NCBI GenBank assembly: GCA_002415855.1
Contig: DIAS01000015.1
Span: forward strand, 17,968-81,967
Length of the DNA stretch: 64,000 nt
Source of the DNA: Bacteroidales bacterium UBA5072
GTDB lineage: Bacteria; Bacteroidota; Bacteroidia; Bacteroidales; UBA10428
Reading direction: 5' to 3'
The stretch's first letter is position 1; each line of letters starts with the position of its first letter. Shown piece after piece: positions 50,075 to 59,052 of the stretch. The position numbers and the translations under genes were made by a program. The notes beneath the pieces were generated by a model. It saw only the letters and a program-made list of their open reading frames with translations. It was not told the origin of the DNA and ran no database searches.

Positions 50075-50695
50075 ATGAGTATGCACATTGCAGTTGCCGG
50101 GAATATCGGCTCGGGCAAAACCACCCTGACCAGCCTTCTTTCCAAAAACTTTGGCTGGGATGCCCATTACGAGGATGTGGAAGACAATCCCTACCTGAAT
50201 GATTTTTACAATGACATGCAACGCTGGTCCTTTAACCTGCAGATTTATTTTCTGAATACAAGGTTCAACCAGGTGTTATCTTTCCGCCGTTCGGGCAAAA
50301 CACTGGTACAGGACCGGACGATCTATGAAGATGCCTATATCTTCGCTCCTAACCTGCACTCCATGGGACTTATGTCCACCCGTGATTTCGAGAATTACTT
50401 CACCTTGTTCAACATGCTGGGTTCACTGATCCAACCCCCCGACCTGGTTATTTACCTGCGTGCTTCCGTTCCGACACTGGTTAAACAAATTCAGAAGCGC
50501 GGAAGGAAATATGAGGACAACATCCGGCTGGATTACCTCAAAAGGCTGAACGAGCGTTATGAAGCATGGGTTGAATCCTATAAACTTGGCAAGCTGCTGA
50601 TTGTCGACGTGGACACTATCAATTTCATCGATAAACCCGAAGACCTCAGCGTGGTGATCGACAAGGTAAATGCCTCCGTGCACGGACTGTTTTAG
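50075..50695 (+). CDS. Deoxynucleoside kinase
   Basis: GNIGSGKTT, QDRTIYED, IQKRGRKYE. Confidence 0.93.
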   Translation: MSMHIAVAGNIGSGKTTLTSLLSKNFGWDAHYEDVEDNPYLNDFYNDMQRWSFNLQIYFLNTRFNQVLSFRRSGKTLVQDRTIYEDAYIFAPNLHSMGLMSTRDFENYFTLFNMLGSLIQPPDLVIYLRASVPTLVKQIQKRGRKYEDNIRLDYLKRLNERYEAWVESYKLGKLLIVDVDTINFIDKPEDLSVVIDKVNASVHGLF

Positions 50696-50748
50696 GCACC
50701 AGTGGGCAACGCTCAGGGTGACCTTTGCCTGCCAGGCTGAGCGTAAGC

Positions 50749-51738
50749 CTAGTTTGTTAATATACTGTTGTCTATTGTATTTCTGATCTCTGCCCAAACC
50801 TCATTCCGTATTTTGGCCCCCGCTTCCTCAATTACTTTACCGGCAAGCAGCGACCCGATCTTCCCGCATTGCACCGGGTTGAGTTCCCGGATGTAACCGT
50901 ACAAATACCCGGCAGCGTATAGGTCGCCTGCTCCCGTGGTATCCATACACTTCACCGGGATGGCATCAACGGCATATTTTTCGCCCTGATGGTGGATCAG
51001 GGATCCCTTTGAACCGACCTTGACGATGGCTGTATCACAGAGGACGGAAAAGACTTCAAGCGATTTGTGCGGATCTGATTCTCCGGTAAATGACCTGGCT
51101 TCTTCTTCATTGGCGAAGACGATGGGTTTGTATTGCCCGATAAGCCGCTTCAGGAAGGCAAGGTTCGCTTCAACCACGTTATAACTGGCCAGGTCGAGCG
51201 ACACGGTCATACCCTGCTGCTGCGCCAGAATGAAAGCGGTTTCTACGAGTGACTGGTTGGGAACCAGGTACCCTTCGAGGTGCAGGTGATCATAATTGCG
51301 AAAAAGGGAGGCATTTAACCGGTTGGCGGACAGTTCAACGGCAGCTCCCAGGTAAGTGGCAAAAGTACGTTCACCGCCCGGTGAAACCAGTGAAATGGCA
51401 GTACCGGTACCGGTATTCCCGGGTGAAAGCACCGGTGCGATCCCGCTTTCTTTCAGGTCTTTTTCGAAGAACCCGCCCAAAACATCCTCCCCTACGGTTC
51501 CGATAAAGGCTGTTTCCACCCCAAGCCGGGCTAATCCGTGAATGGTGTTGGCTGACGATCCTCCTGATGCCATGTGCTTTTTGAGCGAACGACCGGCTTC
51601 TTCTACCTCCCGGGCCTTGCCGGCATCCACCAGCTGCATGCTGCCGCTGGGCAGATCAAACTTCCTGAGCAGAGCATCATTCTCCAAGAAGAGGATGATG
51701 TCGACGAGTGCATTACCGATTCCGAGTATTTTTTTCAT
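50749..51738 (-). CDS. PfkB family kinase (adenosine kinase-like)
   Basis: GIGNALVD, GGSSANT, GERTF, ANEEEA, DTTGAGD. Confidence 0.92.
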   Translation of the reverse strand: MKKILGIGNALVDIILFLENDALLRKFDLPSGSMQLVDAGKAREVEEAGRSLKKHMASGGSSANTIHGLARLGVETAFIGTVGEDVLGGFFEKDLKESGIAPVLSPGNTGTGTAISLVSPGGERTFATYLGAAVELSANRLNASLFRNYDHLHLEGYLVPNQSLVETAFILAQQQGMTVSLDLASYNVVEANLAFLKRLIGQYKPIVFANEEEARSFTGESDPHKSLEVFSVLCDTAIVKVGSKGSLIHHQGEKYAVDAIPVKCMDTTGAGDLYAAGYLYGYIRELNPVQCGKIGSLLAGKVIEEAGAKIRNEVWAEIRNTIDNSILTN

Positions 51739-51770
51739 GGGTAATTACAGGATTTTTACATATTAATTTA

Positions 51771-51845
51771 ACCACAAAGAACACAAAGAAAAACACGAAG
51801 ACCACAAAGGGTTACGTGCATTGAATAACTCTTTGTGGTCTTTTT
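51771..51845. repeat. 9-mer direct repeats (AMCACRAAG x4) plus an inverted copy forming a 17-bp hairpin; probable tRNA-Asn terminator
   Basis: accacaaag aacacaaag aaa aacacgaag accacaaag ... ctttgtggt; stem AAGACCACAAAGGGTTA / TAACTCTTTGTGGTCTT with one non-Watson-Crick pair. Confidence 0.75.
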
Positions 51846-51850
51846 GCATG

Positions 51851-51924
51851 CTCCTCAGCTAAGACTCGAACTTAGGACCCTCTGGTTAACAGCCAGATGC
51901 TCTAACCAACTGAGCTACTGAGGA
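51851..51924 (-). tRNA. tRNA-Asn (GTT)
   Basis: TCCTCAG acceptor stem, TAGCTCAGTTGGTTAGAGC D-arm, TCTGG-CTGTTAA-CCAGA anticodon arm, GTTCGAGT T-loop; CCA not encoded. Confidence 0.97.
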
Positions 51925-52234
51925 ATTTTTCAGGCTGCAAAAATAATAGATTCAGTTGAATTTTGCAAAGGAAATGTTTGAATTCTGTGACAGGTTTCTC
52001 TGAAACTGTTGTTTCTCCCTGCACGGGAGTCACAAATGCCAGTGCAGCGAAGCGTATGCCTTCTTAAAATTGTGTTGGAAAGACAGGGTTAATGAAGCAA
52101 TCTGTCAAAATTTATTTGACTTAACATTTTATTGCCCTAACTTTAATTATAAAATTGATATGCAGTGGCTTTATTGCAGAACACCTGTTATTGCCCTTTG
52201 TAGTTTTAATGCTGATTATTAACTTAAAACCTGC

Positions 52235-52765
52235 ATGATGAAAGCATACGTTTTTATAATATTGAATGGCTGCCTGCTGTTTACTGCAGCCTGTAAGAAA
52301 GACAACGAGGAGGAACTTCAGAACATACCGGACCAGCTTTTCGGTTCCTGGGCATACCATGAGGAAGAGACCTGGCCGGTTCAGGATGTAGGCTTCTTTT
52401 ATAAATTCAAAATGACAGATGTCTTGCACGGCAGTTATGAATTTCTGTGGCAGGAGGAATATCCTGTGGAAAACAACATAGTAAGTCCGGGTGCAGAGAA
52501 AGGTTCCTTTGTGATCAGCAATGACAGGATCATGCTCACAGCCACTGATTTCGGTTCACAAATGGAAATTGGCACCGGAGACCTTCTGGACAGCATCAGC
52601 TGGTACACCGAGGATGACACGGAATTTCAGGTATTTGAATCCATGGGCTCCATGCTTTACAGGTTTGATGGAGATACCCTGGTTTTGTTTGACGATTTTG
52701 AAGGAGATGGCATTCCCGATTATGAAACGCCTTTCATCAGGGAGAACTGGACCATGCCGGAGTAA
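52235..52765 (+). CDS. Hypothetical acidic lipoprotein (beta-rich, possibly lipocalin-like)
   Basis: Lipobox TAAC followed by KKDNEEE; LFGSW motif; YRFDGDTLVL. Confidence 0.75.
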   Translation: MMKAYVFIILNGCLLFTAACKKDNEEELQNIPDQLFGSWAYHEEETWPVQDVGFFYKFKMTDVLHGSYEFLWQEEYPVENNIVSPGAEKGSFVISNDRIMLTATDFGSQMEIGTGDLLDSISWYTEDDTEFQVFESMGSMLYRFDGDTLVLFDDFEGDGIPDYETPFIRENWTMPE

Positions 52766-52789
52766 AATATTCGATAACCGGATTAAAAC

Positions 52790-52825
52790 AAAACCGCCTG
52801 AAATTCATTGATCTCAGGCGGTTTT
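52790..52825. terminator. Bidirectional terminator between the lipoprotein gene and tRNA-Gln
   Basis: aaaaccgcctg ... caggcggtttt. Confidence 0.85.
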
Positions 52826-52848
52826 GAAAACTTCACTTATTCACCTCG

Positions 52849-52919
52849 TTGTCCGATCAGGATTCGAACCTGAACAGGCAGAACCAAAATCTGCAGTGCT
52901 ACCGTTACACCATCGGACA
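52849..52919 (-). tRNA. tRNA-Gln (TTG)
   Basis: TGTCCGA acceptor stem, GGTGTAACGGTAGCAC D-arm, GCAGA-TTTTGGT-TCTGC anticodon arm, GGTTCGAATCC; upstream -7 element TAACTTTG. Confidence 0.97.
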
Positions 52920-52966
52920 GCGCATTTTCGAGGTTGCAAAGTTATACAAAAAACTGTTCCTGCAAA

Positions 52967-54562
52967 TTATTTATTTCTGGTTGAGGGACTTTTTTGTGGA
53001 ACAGACAACCAGTTGCCATTCGGGTCAACCACAAAACTTTTATCTACCAGGGAACTCCCGCTGCAATACTGGTCACGCTGGGATTCCTCCAGGATATCAC
53101 ATGTGCTTTGTGAGATAGCAATAACCTGGGTTTCCGGTACCCGCAACCTGATATCCACATCGGCGAACAGCCAGAAATCCTCATCATCGGTCCTGAAGTA
53201 TTCATCGAGGTGAAGGACCGAGTCATTCTGCTCCCACTGGTATTCCACCCGGTCGAGAAATTCCTGGGAATTCTTCATGCCCACGTTTTTCACATGCCGG
53301 TCAATCGTAAGGTACATTTTGCTGTCCTCCGACGGAACGATGGACAACCTGGCCTTGTTGTAAAGCGCTTCATCCTGTTCATTGTAATTGAATTTGTAGT
53401 CAAATACATAGTAATGCGTTATGCTCTTGTTTTCCATATTGTCCATCGCACTGATATATATCCGCGGGTACCCGGCAGTTTCAACCAGGGTGGATCGGGT
53501 GCCGGTTGCCCCCACGGCAAAGTTGGTGCTGTTGACAATGACCAGCACAACAAACAGGATCAGGGCAAGGATCCAGGCGGAGATCAACGCGGCCCGCAAC
53601 CCCGGATGCCGGGTCCTGATGTTGAAAATAATCTTGATGCCACCATAAATGAGTGCAACAATCGGAATCAGAACAAGTACGATCAAGGCAGCCACAACAA
53701 GGTAGTAATGGCCCGAGGAAACGAACAAATGAGAAAGGGCCGGAACATTAACCCCGTGCCAGAGCTGTAAATGTCCGAAAGCACTGGAGAAGCCCAGCAG
53801 TACCATGATCATCCCGGCAAGGAAAATGCACCCGATCACCAGGAAGAAGATCCCAATGACAATGATCATGAACTTAAATATGGCCACGACCACCAGTCCC
53901 ACCGCCCGCATGATGTTTTCAAGGACGGACCTGGTCCTTTCAGCCGCGTCGGATTTTCTTAGATCGGAGAGGTTCGATCTGACCTTATCATACTCGGCAT
54001 TGACCGATTCCTTGATGGTTGACAGGTTAACAGGTCTTCCCTTCATCTGCAGCCTTTCGGCCGTGGTACGCGCTTTGGGAACCACGATCCACAGGATGGC
54101 ATAGATGATGATCCCCAGTCCTTTCAGGAAGATCAGTGCGACAAAGGCCAGCCTGATCCAAAGGGGGTCAATGTCAAAATACTCTCCCATGCCGGAGGCC
54201 ACACCGCCCAGATAGCTGTTCTCACTGTCGCGGTATAAACGGCGGTGGTATCTTCTGTCATAATAATCTTCTTCAGCCTGCCCCGAAGTTTGACCGGCAT
54301 AAACAAAATCCTCTACTTTGCCCAGGATACCGATGATTTCCTTAACGTCTTCGATTGCTATGGCCTGCTTGCTGGGTGTAAGCCTGTTTTCAAGCAATTC
54401 GGCTATCCGCTGTTCAATATCACCCACGATCTCCTTGCCGGATTCTCCCTCCGCGGCAAAATGGCTTTTCAGGGATTCCAGGTAATGGCTGAGCAGGTTG
54501 TATCCATCTTCGTCGATGTGAAAATGCCGGCCACCCATATGAACTTGTATTGTCTTTTTCAT
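52967..54562 (-). CDS. PspC domain-containing membrane protein, long form
   Basis: MKKTIQVHMGG.HFHIDEDGY, DIEQRIAEL, RRLYRD...LGGVASG (PspC), YAILWIVVPKART, extra TMs and an extracytoplasmic C-terminal domain. Confidence 0.9.
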   Translation of the reverse strand: MKKTIQVHMGGRHFHIDEDGYNLLSHYLESLKSHFAAEGESGKEIVGDIEQRIAELLENRLTPSKQAIAIEDVKEIIGILGKVEDFVYAGQTSGQAEEDYYDRRYHRRLYRDSENSYLGGVASGMGEYFDIDPLWIRLAFVALIFLKGLGIIIYAILWIVVPKARTTAERLQMKGRPVNLSTIKESVNAEYDKVRSNLSDLRKSDAAERTRSVLENIMRAVGLVVVAIFKFMIIVIGIFFLVIGCIFLAGMIMVLLGFSSAFGHLQLWHGVNVPALSHLFVSSGHYYLVVAALIVLVLIPIVALIYGGIKIIFNIRTRHPGLRAALISAWILALILFVVLVIVNSTNFAVGATGTRSTLVETAGYPRIYISAMDNMENKSITHYYVFDYKFNYNEQDEALYNKARLSIVPSEDSKMYLTIDRHVKNVGMKNSQEFLDRVEYQWEQNDSVLHLDEYFRTDDEDFWLFADVDIRLRVPETQVIAISQSTCDILEESQRDQYCSGSSLVDKSFVVDPNGNWLSVPQKSPSTRNK

Positions 54563-54580
54563 GTTGTTTAGTTTTGCGGG

Positions 54581-54907
54581 TTATTTTTTAAGTATTGAGT
54601 CGACAGCTTCGATAAGTTCCCTCCACGAGGCTTCCAGTTCTTTCAACACATCCCTGCCTTTGTCGGTGAGGGCGTAATACTTCCGCGGAGGGCCCTGGGT
54701 GGATTCCTCCCAACGGTAGCTCAGCAATCCCGCATTTTTCTGACGCGTCAGCAAGGGATAAAGCGTTCCTTCCACAACGATCAGTTCGGATTCCTTCAGC
54801 TTGTTCAACAAGTCAGTGGCATAAGCGTCACCTTTCGAGAGAATAGAAAGTATGCAGAACTCCAGTACTCCTTTTCTCATTTGCGCTTTTACATTTTCGA
54901 AGTCCAT
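54581..54907 (-). CDS. PadR family transcriptional regulator
   Basis: QMRKGVLEFCIL, EGTLYPLLTR, WEESTQGPPRKYY. Confidence 0.95.
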   Translation of the reverse strand: MDFENVKAQMRKGVLEFCILSILSKGDAYATDLLNKLKESELIVVEGTLYPLLTRQKNAGLLSYRWEESTQGPPRKYYALTDKGRDVLKELEASWRELIEAVDSILKK

Positions 54908-54937
54908 GGTATATTTTTTTTTGGTTTAAACAATTCC

Positions 54938-55534
54938 TTATTTTTTATTCCTGCGGAAACTCTTTTTCACGCTTTCGAATTCATCGGTTACAAACCTGCC
55001 AATGTTGGAGGCATTAACCGGATCGCCCCGCATTTCAAGCTTCTGGGCAGTAGTCCTGGCCTCCGGAACAACAATCCACAGGATGATGTAGACCAGGAAG
55101 CCTATACCAAATATCAGAAAGAGGATGAAAAGAATGCGTACGATCACAGGATCAAGACCTACATATGCGCCAAGGCCACTGCAGACTCCGCCGATGATCC
55201 TGTCATCGGGATCACGGTATATCCTGCGTGTGCCGGAGTGTCTTTGCTGCTGTGATCCAGGTTCATCCTCCGCTCCGCTTATTTCACGCGGATCACCCAT
55301 TACCCGGATAACTTCTTCAACATCCTGCAGGGTCACCACCTGCCTGTCGGTGCCCAGCCGTTCGGCAAAAAGCTCCGAGATCCTCATTTCAATGTCATTG
55401 ATGATATCCTCCCGTTCCTTCTGGTCGGAAAAATAACCCTCAATTCGGTCGAGGTAATCTTTCAGCCTGGTGTAGGCATCGTCGTCGATATTGTAAACCC
55501 TGTTGCCAAGGTTTACCGATAAGGTTCGTTTCAT
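54938..55534 (-). CDS. PspC domain-containing protein, short form
   Basis: MKRTLSVNLG...IDDDAY, DIEMRISELF, RRIYRDPDDRIIGGVCSG, YIILWIVVPEART. Confidence 0.9.
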   Translation of the reverse strand: MKRTLSVNLGNRVYNIDDDAYTRLKDYLDRIEGYFSDQKEREDIINDIEMRISELFAERLGTDRQVVTLQDVEEVIRVMGDPREISGAEDEPGSQQQRHSGTRRIYRDPDDRIIGGVCSGLGAYVGLDPVIVRILFILFLIFGIGFLVYIILWIVVPEARTTAQKLEMRGDPVNASNIGRFVTDEFESVKKSFRRNKK

Positions 55535-55546
55535 GGTCGTTAAGAT

Positions 55547-55795
55547 TTAAAATATACAAACTACTATATTCTTGGTTAAAAGTATGTTATCGTTCTCCAG
55601 CAGGGAAGCCGATCCGGCATATCCCTGGCAGTTTATTCCTGCATCGCCTCCGGTTTGTCCCATCAAGGTTTCAGGAATCATACGAACCGTTTCTCTCTGA
55701 AAGGACCCGGGTTTTCCCGAATAGTCCCCGGGCTCGCCTGATTGCAGGATAGCTGCAATCACCAGAGGCACCGTTACAATTACAAACCATTTCAT
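55547..55795 (-). CDS. Hypothetical small protein with hydrophobic N-terminus; first gene of the PspC/PadR operon
   Basis: ORF fills the gap between the promoter and the short pspC gene; MKWFVIVTVPLVIAAIL; no recognised family. Confidence 0.5.
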   Translation of the reverse strand: MKWFVIVTVPLVIAAILQSGEPGDYSGKPGSFQRETVRMIPETLMGQTGGDAGINCQGYAGSASLLENDNILLTKNIVVCIF

Positions 55796-55845
55796 ATTGT
55801 TATTATTTATTTTCATTACTTGGTTATAACAGCATAAATCCTATA

Positions 55846-55883
55846 CAAAGATATATAAAAAAAATAGATATATGCAATACATA
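55846..55883 (-). promoter_or_regulatory. Promoter of the psp/padR operon with a putative PadR operator over the -33 element
   Basis: -7 TATCTTTG (55846-55853, minus strand); imperfect palindrome TATGCAATACATA (55871-55883) covering the TTG -33 element. Confidence 0.55.
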
Positions 55884-55907
55884 GTAGTAAAAAAATTAAA
55901 AAAAATC

Positions 55908-56126
55908 GGTAAATAGCAGAAATTGAACGGTAAATGGTAAACGGTGAACGGTAAACAGTAAGCGGTAAACAGTAAACGGTAAACGGTAAACGGTGAACGG
56001 TTATCAGTATTCAGTATATGGTAATCGGAATCAGTATTCGATATTTGGTGTACAACATACGGTCATTCCTAAACCCAAAACCCATACTACCGAATACTGA
56101 ATACTGGTTTTTGATTACCGGCTGCT
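55908..56126. repeat. Intergenic heptamer tandem array (about 20 units, RGTAAAC drifting to RGTAWTC) followed by a shorter inverted heptamer array
   Basis: ggtaaat ggtaaac ggtgaac ggtaaac agtaagc ... agtattc; inverted gaatact gaatact ggttttt gattacc at 56092-56119. Confidence 0.9.
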
Positions 56127-56197
56127 GAAGTCCCTTCATGTTTTAGTAGCTGTAAATTTTATTACTTTTAGTTTTTTTTACAACAAACCTGTTCCCC

Positions 56198-56650
56198 ATG
56201 CGTGCAGTGATACAACGTGTACAATCGGCCTCCGTCGTGATACGATCGGTCGAAAAGGCCTCGATTGGTAAGGGCCTGCTTGTGCTGGTAGGCATCGAGG
56301 ATTCGGATGGCCCTGAGGATGCAGCCTGGCTGTCGGGTAAAATTGCCAGGTTGCGCATCTTCAGTGATGAAAACGGCCTGATGAATTTGTCGGTGACAGA
56401 GGTTCATGGCGAAGTCCTCGTGGTCAGCCAGTTCACATTGCATGCCAGTACCAGGAAGGGAAACCGGCCGTCGTTCATTAAGGCAGCTAAACCTGAAACT
56501 GCCATACCTTTGTATACAGCATTTCTGGAAAGATTGTCGGCCGCTTTGGAAAAACCTGTTCATTCAGGTGAATTTGGGGCAGATATGCAGGTCGGACTGG
56601 TGAACGATGGTCCGGTTACCCTATACATGGATTCTAAAAGCAAGGAATGA
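56198..56650 (+). CDS. dtd: D-aminoacyl-tRNA deacylase
   Basis: [27 protein letters not shown]. Confidence 0.97.
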   Translation: MRAVIQRVQSASVVIRSVEKASIGKGLLVLVGIEDSDGPEDAAWLSGKIARLRIFSDENGLMNLSVTEVHGEVLVVSQFTLHASTRKGNRPSFIKAAKPETAIPLYTAFLERLSAALEKPVHSGEFGADMQVGLVNDGPVTLYMDSKSKE

Positions 56651-56988
56651 TGACATTACGTGATGCACAGCAGAAGGTGGATCAGTGGATCCGCAATTAT
56701 GGGGTCCGCTATTTCGGTGAGCTTACCAACCTGGCCTTGCTGATGGAAGAGACTGGTGAGCTTGCCCGGATCATGGCACGGGAATATGGCGAGCAGTCGG
56801 CCAAACCATCGGAAAGTCCAAAACTTCTCGGTGACGAAATGGCTGACATATTGTTTGTTTTGATATGCCTGGCCAACCAAACCGGTATTGACCTGGAGGA
56901 GGCTTTCGAAAAGAACCTTGCCAAGAAAACCAGCCGTGATCATACGCGGCATCAGAAAAACCCAAAGCTGGGGGCAGGGACTGAGTAG
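56647..56988 (+). CDS. MazG-like nucleotide pyrophosphohydrolase (YpjD-like)
   Basis: [29 protein letters not shown]. Confidence 0.92.
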   Translation: MMTLRDAQQKVDQWIRNYGVRYFGELTNLALLMEETGELARIMAREYGEQSAKPSESPKLLGDEMADILFVLICLANQTGIDLEEAFEKNLAKKTSRDHTRHQKNPKLGAGTE

Positions 56989-57130
56989 TAACCGGGAGCA
57001 GCGGCAGCACGGATCATTAAGATGCTGAAGGAAGAATCAGCGTGGCAGGGGTTATAGAATCTTCCAGCAGAATTAGAATTTCATCTTTAATCTTTCATTA
57101 TCTTTGCACCCAATTTCTGACTGGTAAGTA

Positions 57131-58171
57131 ATGACTGCCTGGTACTGCCTTCCGCAAACTCAGGACTCCGTGTATGTCCCCCGGTTGTCCGACACCACTG
57201 TTTCACAAGACCTACGGCAACAATTCATTCCATCGGACGCGAATGAAACAAATGACAAGCTCTTTCTCGAGCAAACATTCAGCCTGATCCGTCAGCAGGC
57301 GGCAACGATTCCGACATTACCGGAAATCCAGACCGGCACACTTTTACTGGGAACGAATTCTAATGCAGAGAATTACACCGGATGGAATACAAACAGGAAT
57401 TTCTTTGTTGAGAACGGTTTGTCCGGCGTGGTTTCCGAATTAAACCGGCATATTTCACCGGGGTCTTCTCCTGTTTTCAACACTGCACTCAAGCCTTCCG
57501 GTATCACCCCGCATCAACGGAACCTTAACACTTACGACTGGTTTCTCGGGTTCTTTCTGCTGGTTACGCTCCTTTTCATCTGGATCAGGATCTTTTACAG
57601 TAAATTTTTCGCCACACTGGCCAATGCACTGATCAGCTTTCAGATCTCTGCCAAAATGTTCCGGGAAAAGAATGTTCTGTTGCACCGTGTTTCCATAGTT
57701 CTCGATTTCATTTACATCCTGGTGATTACCATTTTTGTTTTTGAACTTGCCATGCATTTTGATCTGGTCCATACTGCCATGAGCCGGTTCAACCTCTTCC
57801 TGCTCTTCCTCAATGTTTTCATTTTCTATACGTTGCTGCGCCTCCTGGTACTTCGCCTGACAGGATATCTTTTCCTGGTTCAGTCCCTTTTTTCGGAATA
57901 CACGCACAACAATTTTGTGATCAACAAGGGAGTCGGAATAGCCCTTTTCCCGGTTGTAATAATGGCTCATTACTTCCCGCAAAGCCTGATGTCACCGGTG
58001 TTGATCGTGGGAATGGTTTTATTTGCTGTTGCTTTCATTTTAAAAAGTATCCGGGCATATCAAATAATTATTCGTAAAGATGTATTAATATTTTATTTGA
58101 TTTTGTACCTTTGTACGCTTGAAATTTTACCCCTTCTTCTTGGGTACAAAGTTATTACATCACTGATATAG
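57131..58171 (+). CDS. DUF4271 membrane protein
   Basis: Multi-TM C-terminal half ending FYLILYLCTLEILPLL; usual position upstream of hemD; start uncertain. Confidence 0.85.
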   Translation: MTAWYCLPQTQDSVYVPRLSDTTVSQDLRQQFIPSDANETNDKLFLEQTFSLIRQQAATIPTLPEIQTGTLLLGTNSNAENYTGWNTNRNFFVENGLSGVVSELNRHISPGSSPVFNTALKPSGITPHQRNLNTYDWFLGFFLLVTLLFIWIRIFYSKFFATLANALISFQISAKMFREKNVLLHRVSIVLDFIYILVITIFVFELAMHFDLVHTAMSRFNLFLLFLNVFIFYTLLRLLVLRLTGYLFLVQSLFSEYTHNNFVINKGVGIALFPVVIMAHYFPQSLMSPVLIVGMVLFAVAFILKSIRAYQIIIRKDVLIFYLILYLCTLEILPLLLGYKVITSLI

Positions 58172-58198
58172 AGTATTTAACAAAGAAGAGACCTCCAT

Positions 58199-58954
58199 AT
58201 GAAGATAAAGAGAATACTTGTTTCTCAGCCCCGACCGGATTCCGAAAAGTCTCCTTATTTCGAATTAGCGGAAAAAAACAATGTTAAAATAGACTTTCGA
58301 CCCTTCAGTCATGTTGAAGGTGTTCCATGCAAAGATTTCCGGAAGCAGCGGATCGATATCCTTACCCATACTGCAGTGATCTTTAACAGCAAGACAGCCA
58401 TTGATCATTTTTTCCGCATGTGTGGAGAGCTCAGGATCATCGTCCCCGATACGATGAAGTATTTCTGCATCTCCGAATCAGTGGCCTTTTATCTGCAGAA
58501 GTATATCATATACAGGAAACGTAAGATTTTTTTCGGTGCCGGAACCATCAACGATCTTGTCGAGATTGTGAACCGCCATGGCGAGGAAAAGTACCTGCTG
58601 CCATTCTCCGACCTTCCTCATGAGGAGCTTACGGAATTGCTTGACAAACATGGCATACAATATGAAAGAGCAATTCTTTACCACAACGTCAGCTGTGATC
58701 TGTCTGACTTTTCCGTCATCAACTATGACCTGCTTGTTTTTTTCAGCCCTTCCGGGATCAAATCGCTGATGAAGAATTTCCCGGAGTTTCAGCAGAACGA
58801 CATTAAAATAGGATCGTTCGGAACGGCTACTGCCAAGGCAGTTATTGATGCCGGGTTGCGACTCGATCTGCAGGCCCCGCGACCTGAGGCTCCTTCCATG
58901 ATCATGGCCCTGGATATGTTTATCCGCGAACAAAACAAGAACTGCAAGAAGTAA
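58199..58954 (+). CDS. hemD: Uroporphyrinogen-III synthase-like protein
   Basis: MKIKRILVSQPRP..EKSPY, IDFRPF, FFSPSGIKSL, APSM (Bacteroidota HemD type). Confidence 0.88.
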   Translation: MKIKRILVSQPRPDSEKSPYFELAEKNNVKIDFRPFSHVEGVPCKDFRKQRIDILTHTAVIFNSKTAIDHFFRMCGELRIIVPDTMKYFCISESVAFYLQKYIIYRKRKIFFGAGTINDLVEIVNRHGEEKYLLPFSDLPHEELTELLDKHGIQYERAILYHNVSCDLSDFSVINYDLLVFFSPSGIKSLMKNFPEFQQNDIKIGSFGTATAKAVIDAGLRLDLQAPRPEAPSMIMALDMFIREQNKNCKK

Positions 58955-59052
58955 CCGATTCCGCCAAAAGGGATCAGGCTTCCCGAAAATATGCCCGGAC
59001 GGCTGTAACAACAGGGCCCTAAGTTTCGTACAACAAGGGCAAACATTATTTC

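Noticed and set aside
52824-53213. 129-aa ORF containing VVRSGFEPEQAEPKSAVLPLHHRT
   Set aside because: It is the antisense reading of tRNA-Gln plus the pspC 3' end, a typical tRNA shadow ORF.
55908-56053. Possible CRISPR array
   Set aside because: The period is 7 bp, there are no unique spacers and no cas genes; it is reported as a tandem repeat instead.
58955-59052. Possible riboswitch or RNase P RNA upstream of the Zn-finger ORF (contains GGGCAAAC)
   Set aside because: Too short for rnpB, and the rest of a c-di-GMP-I or other known riboswitch consensus is not visible.
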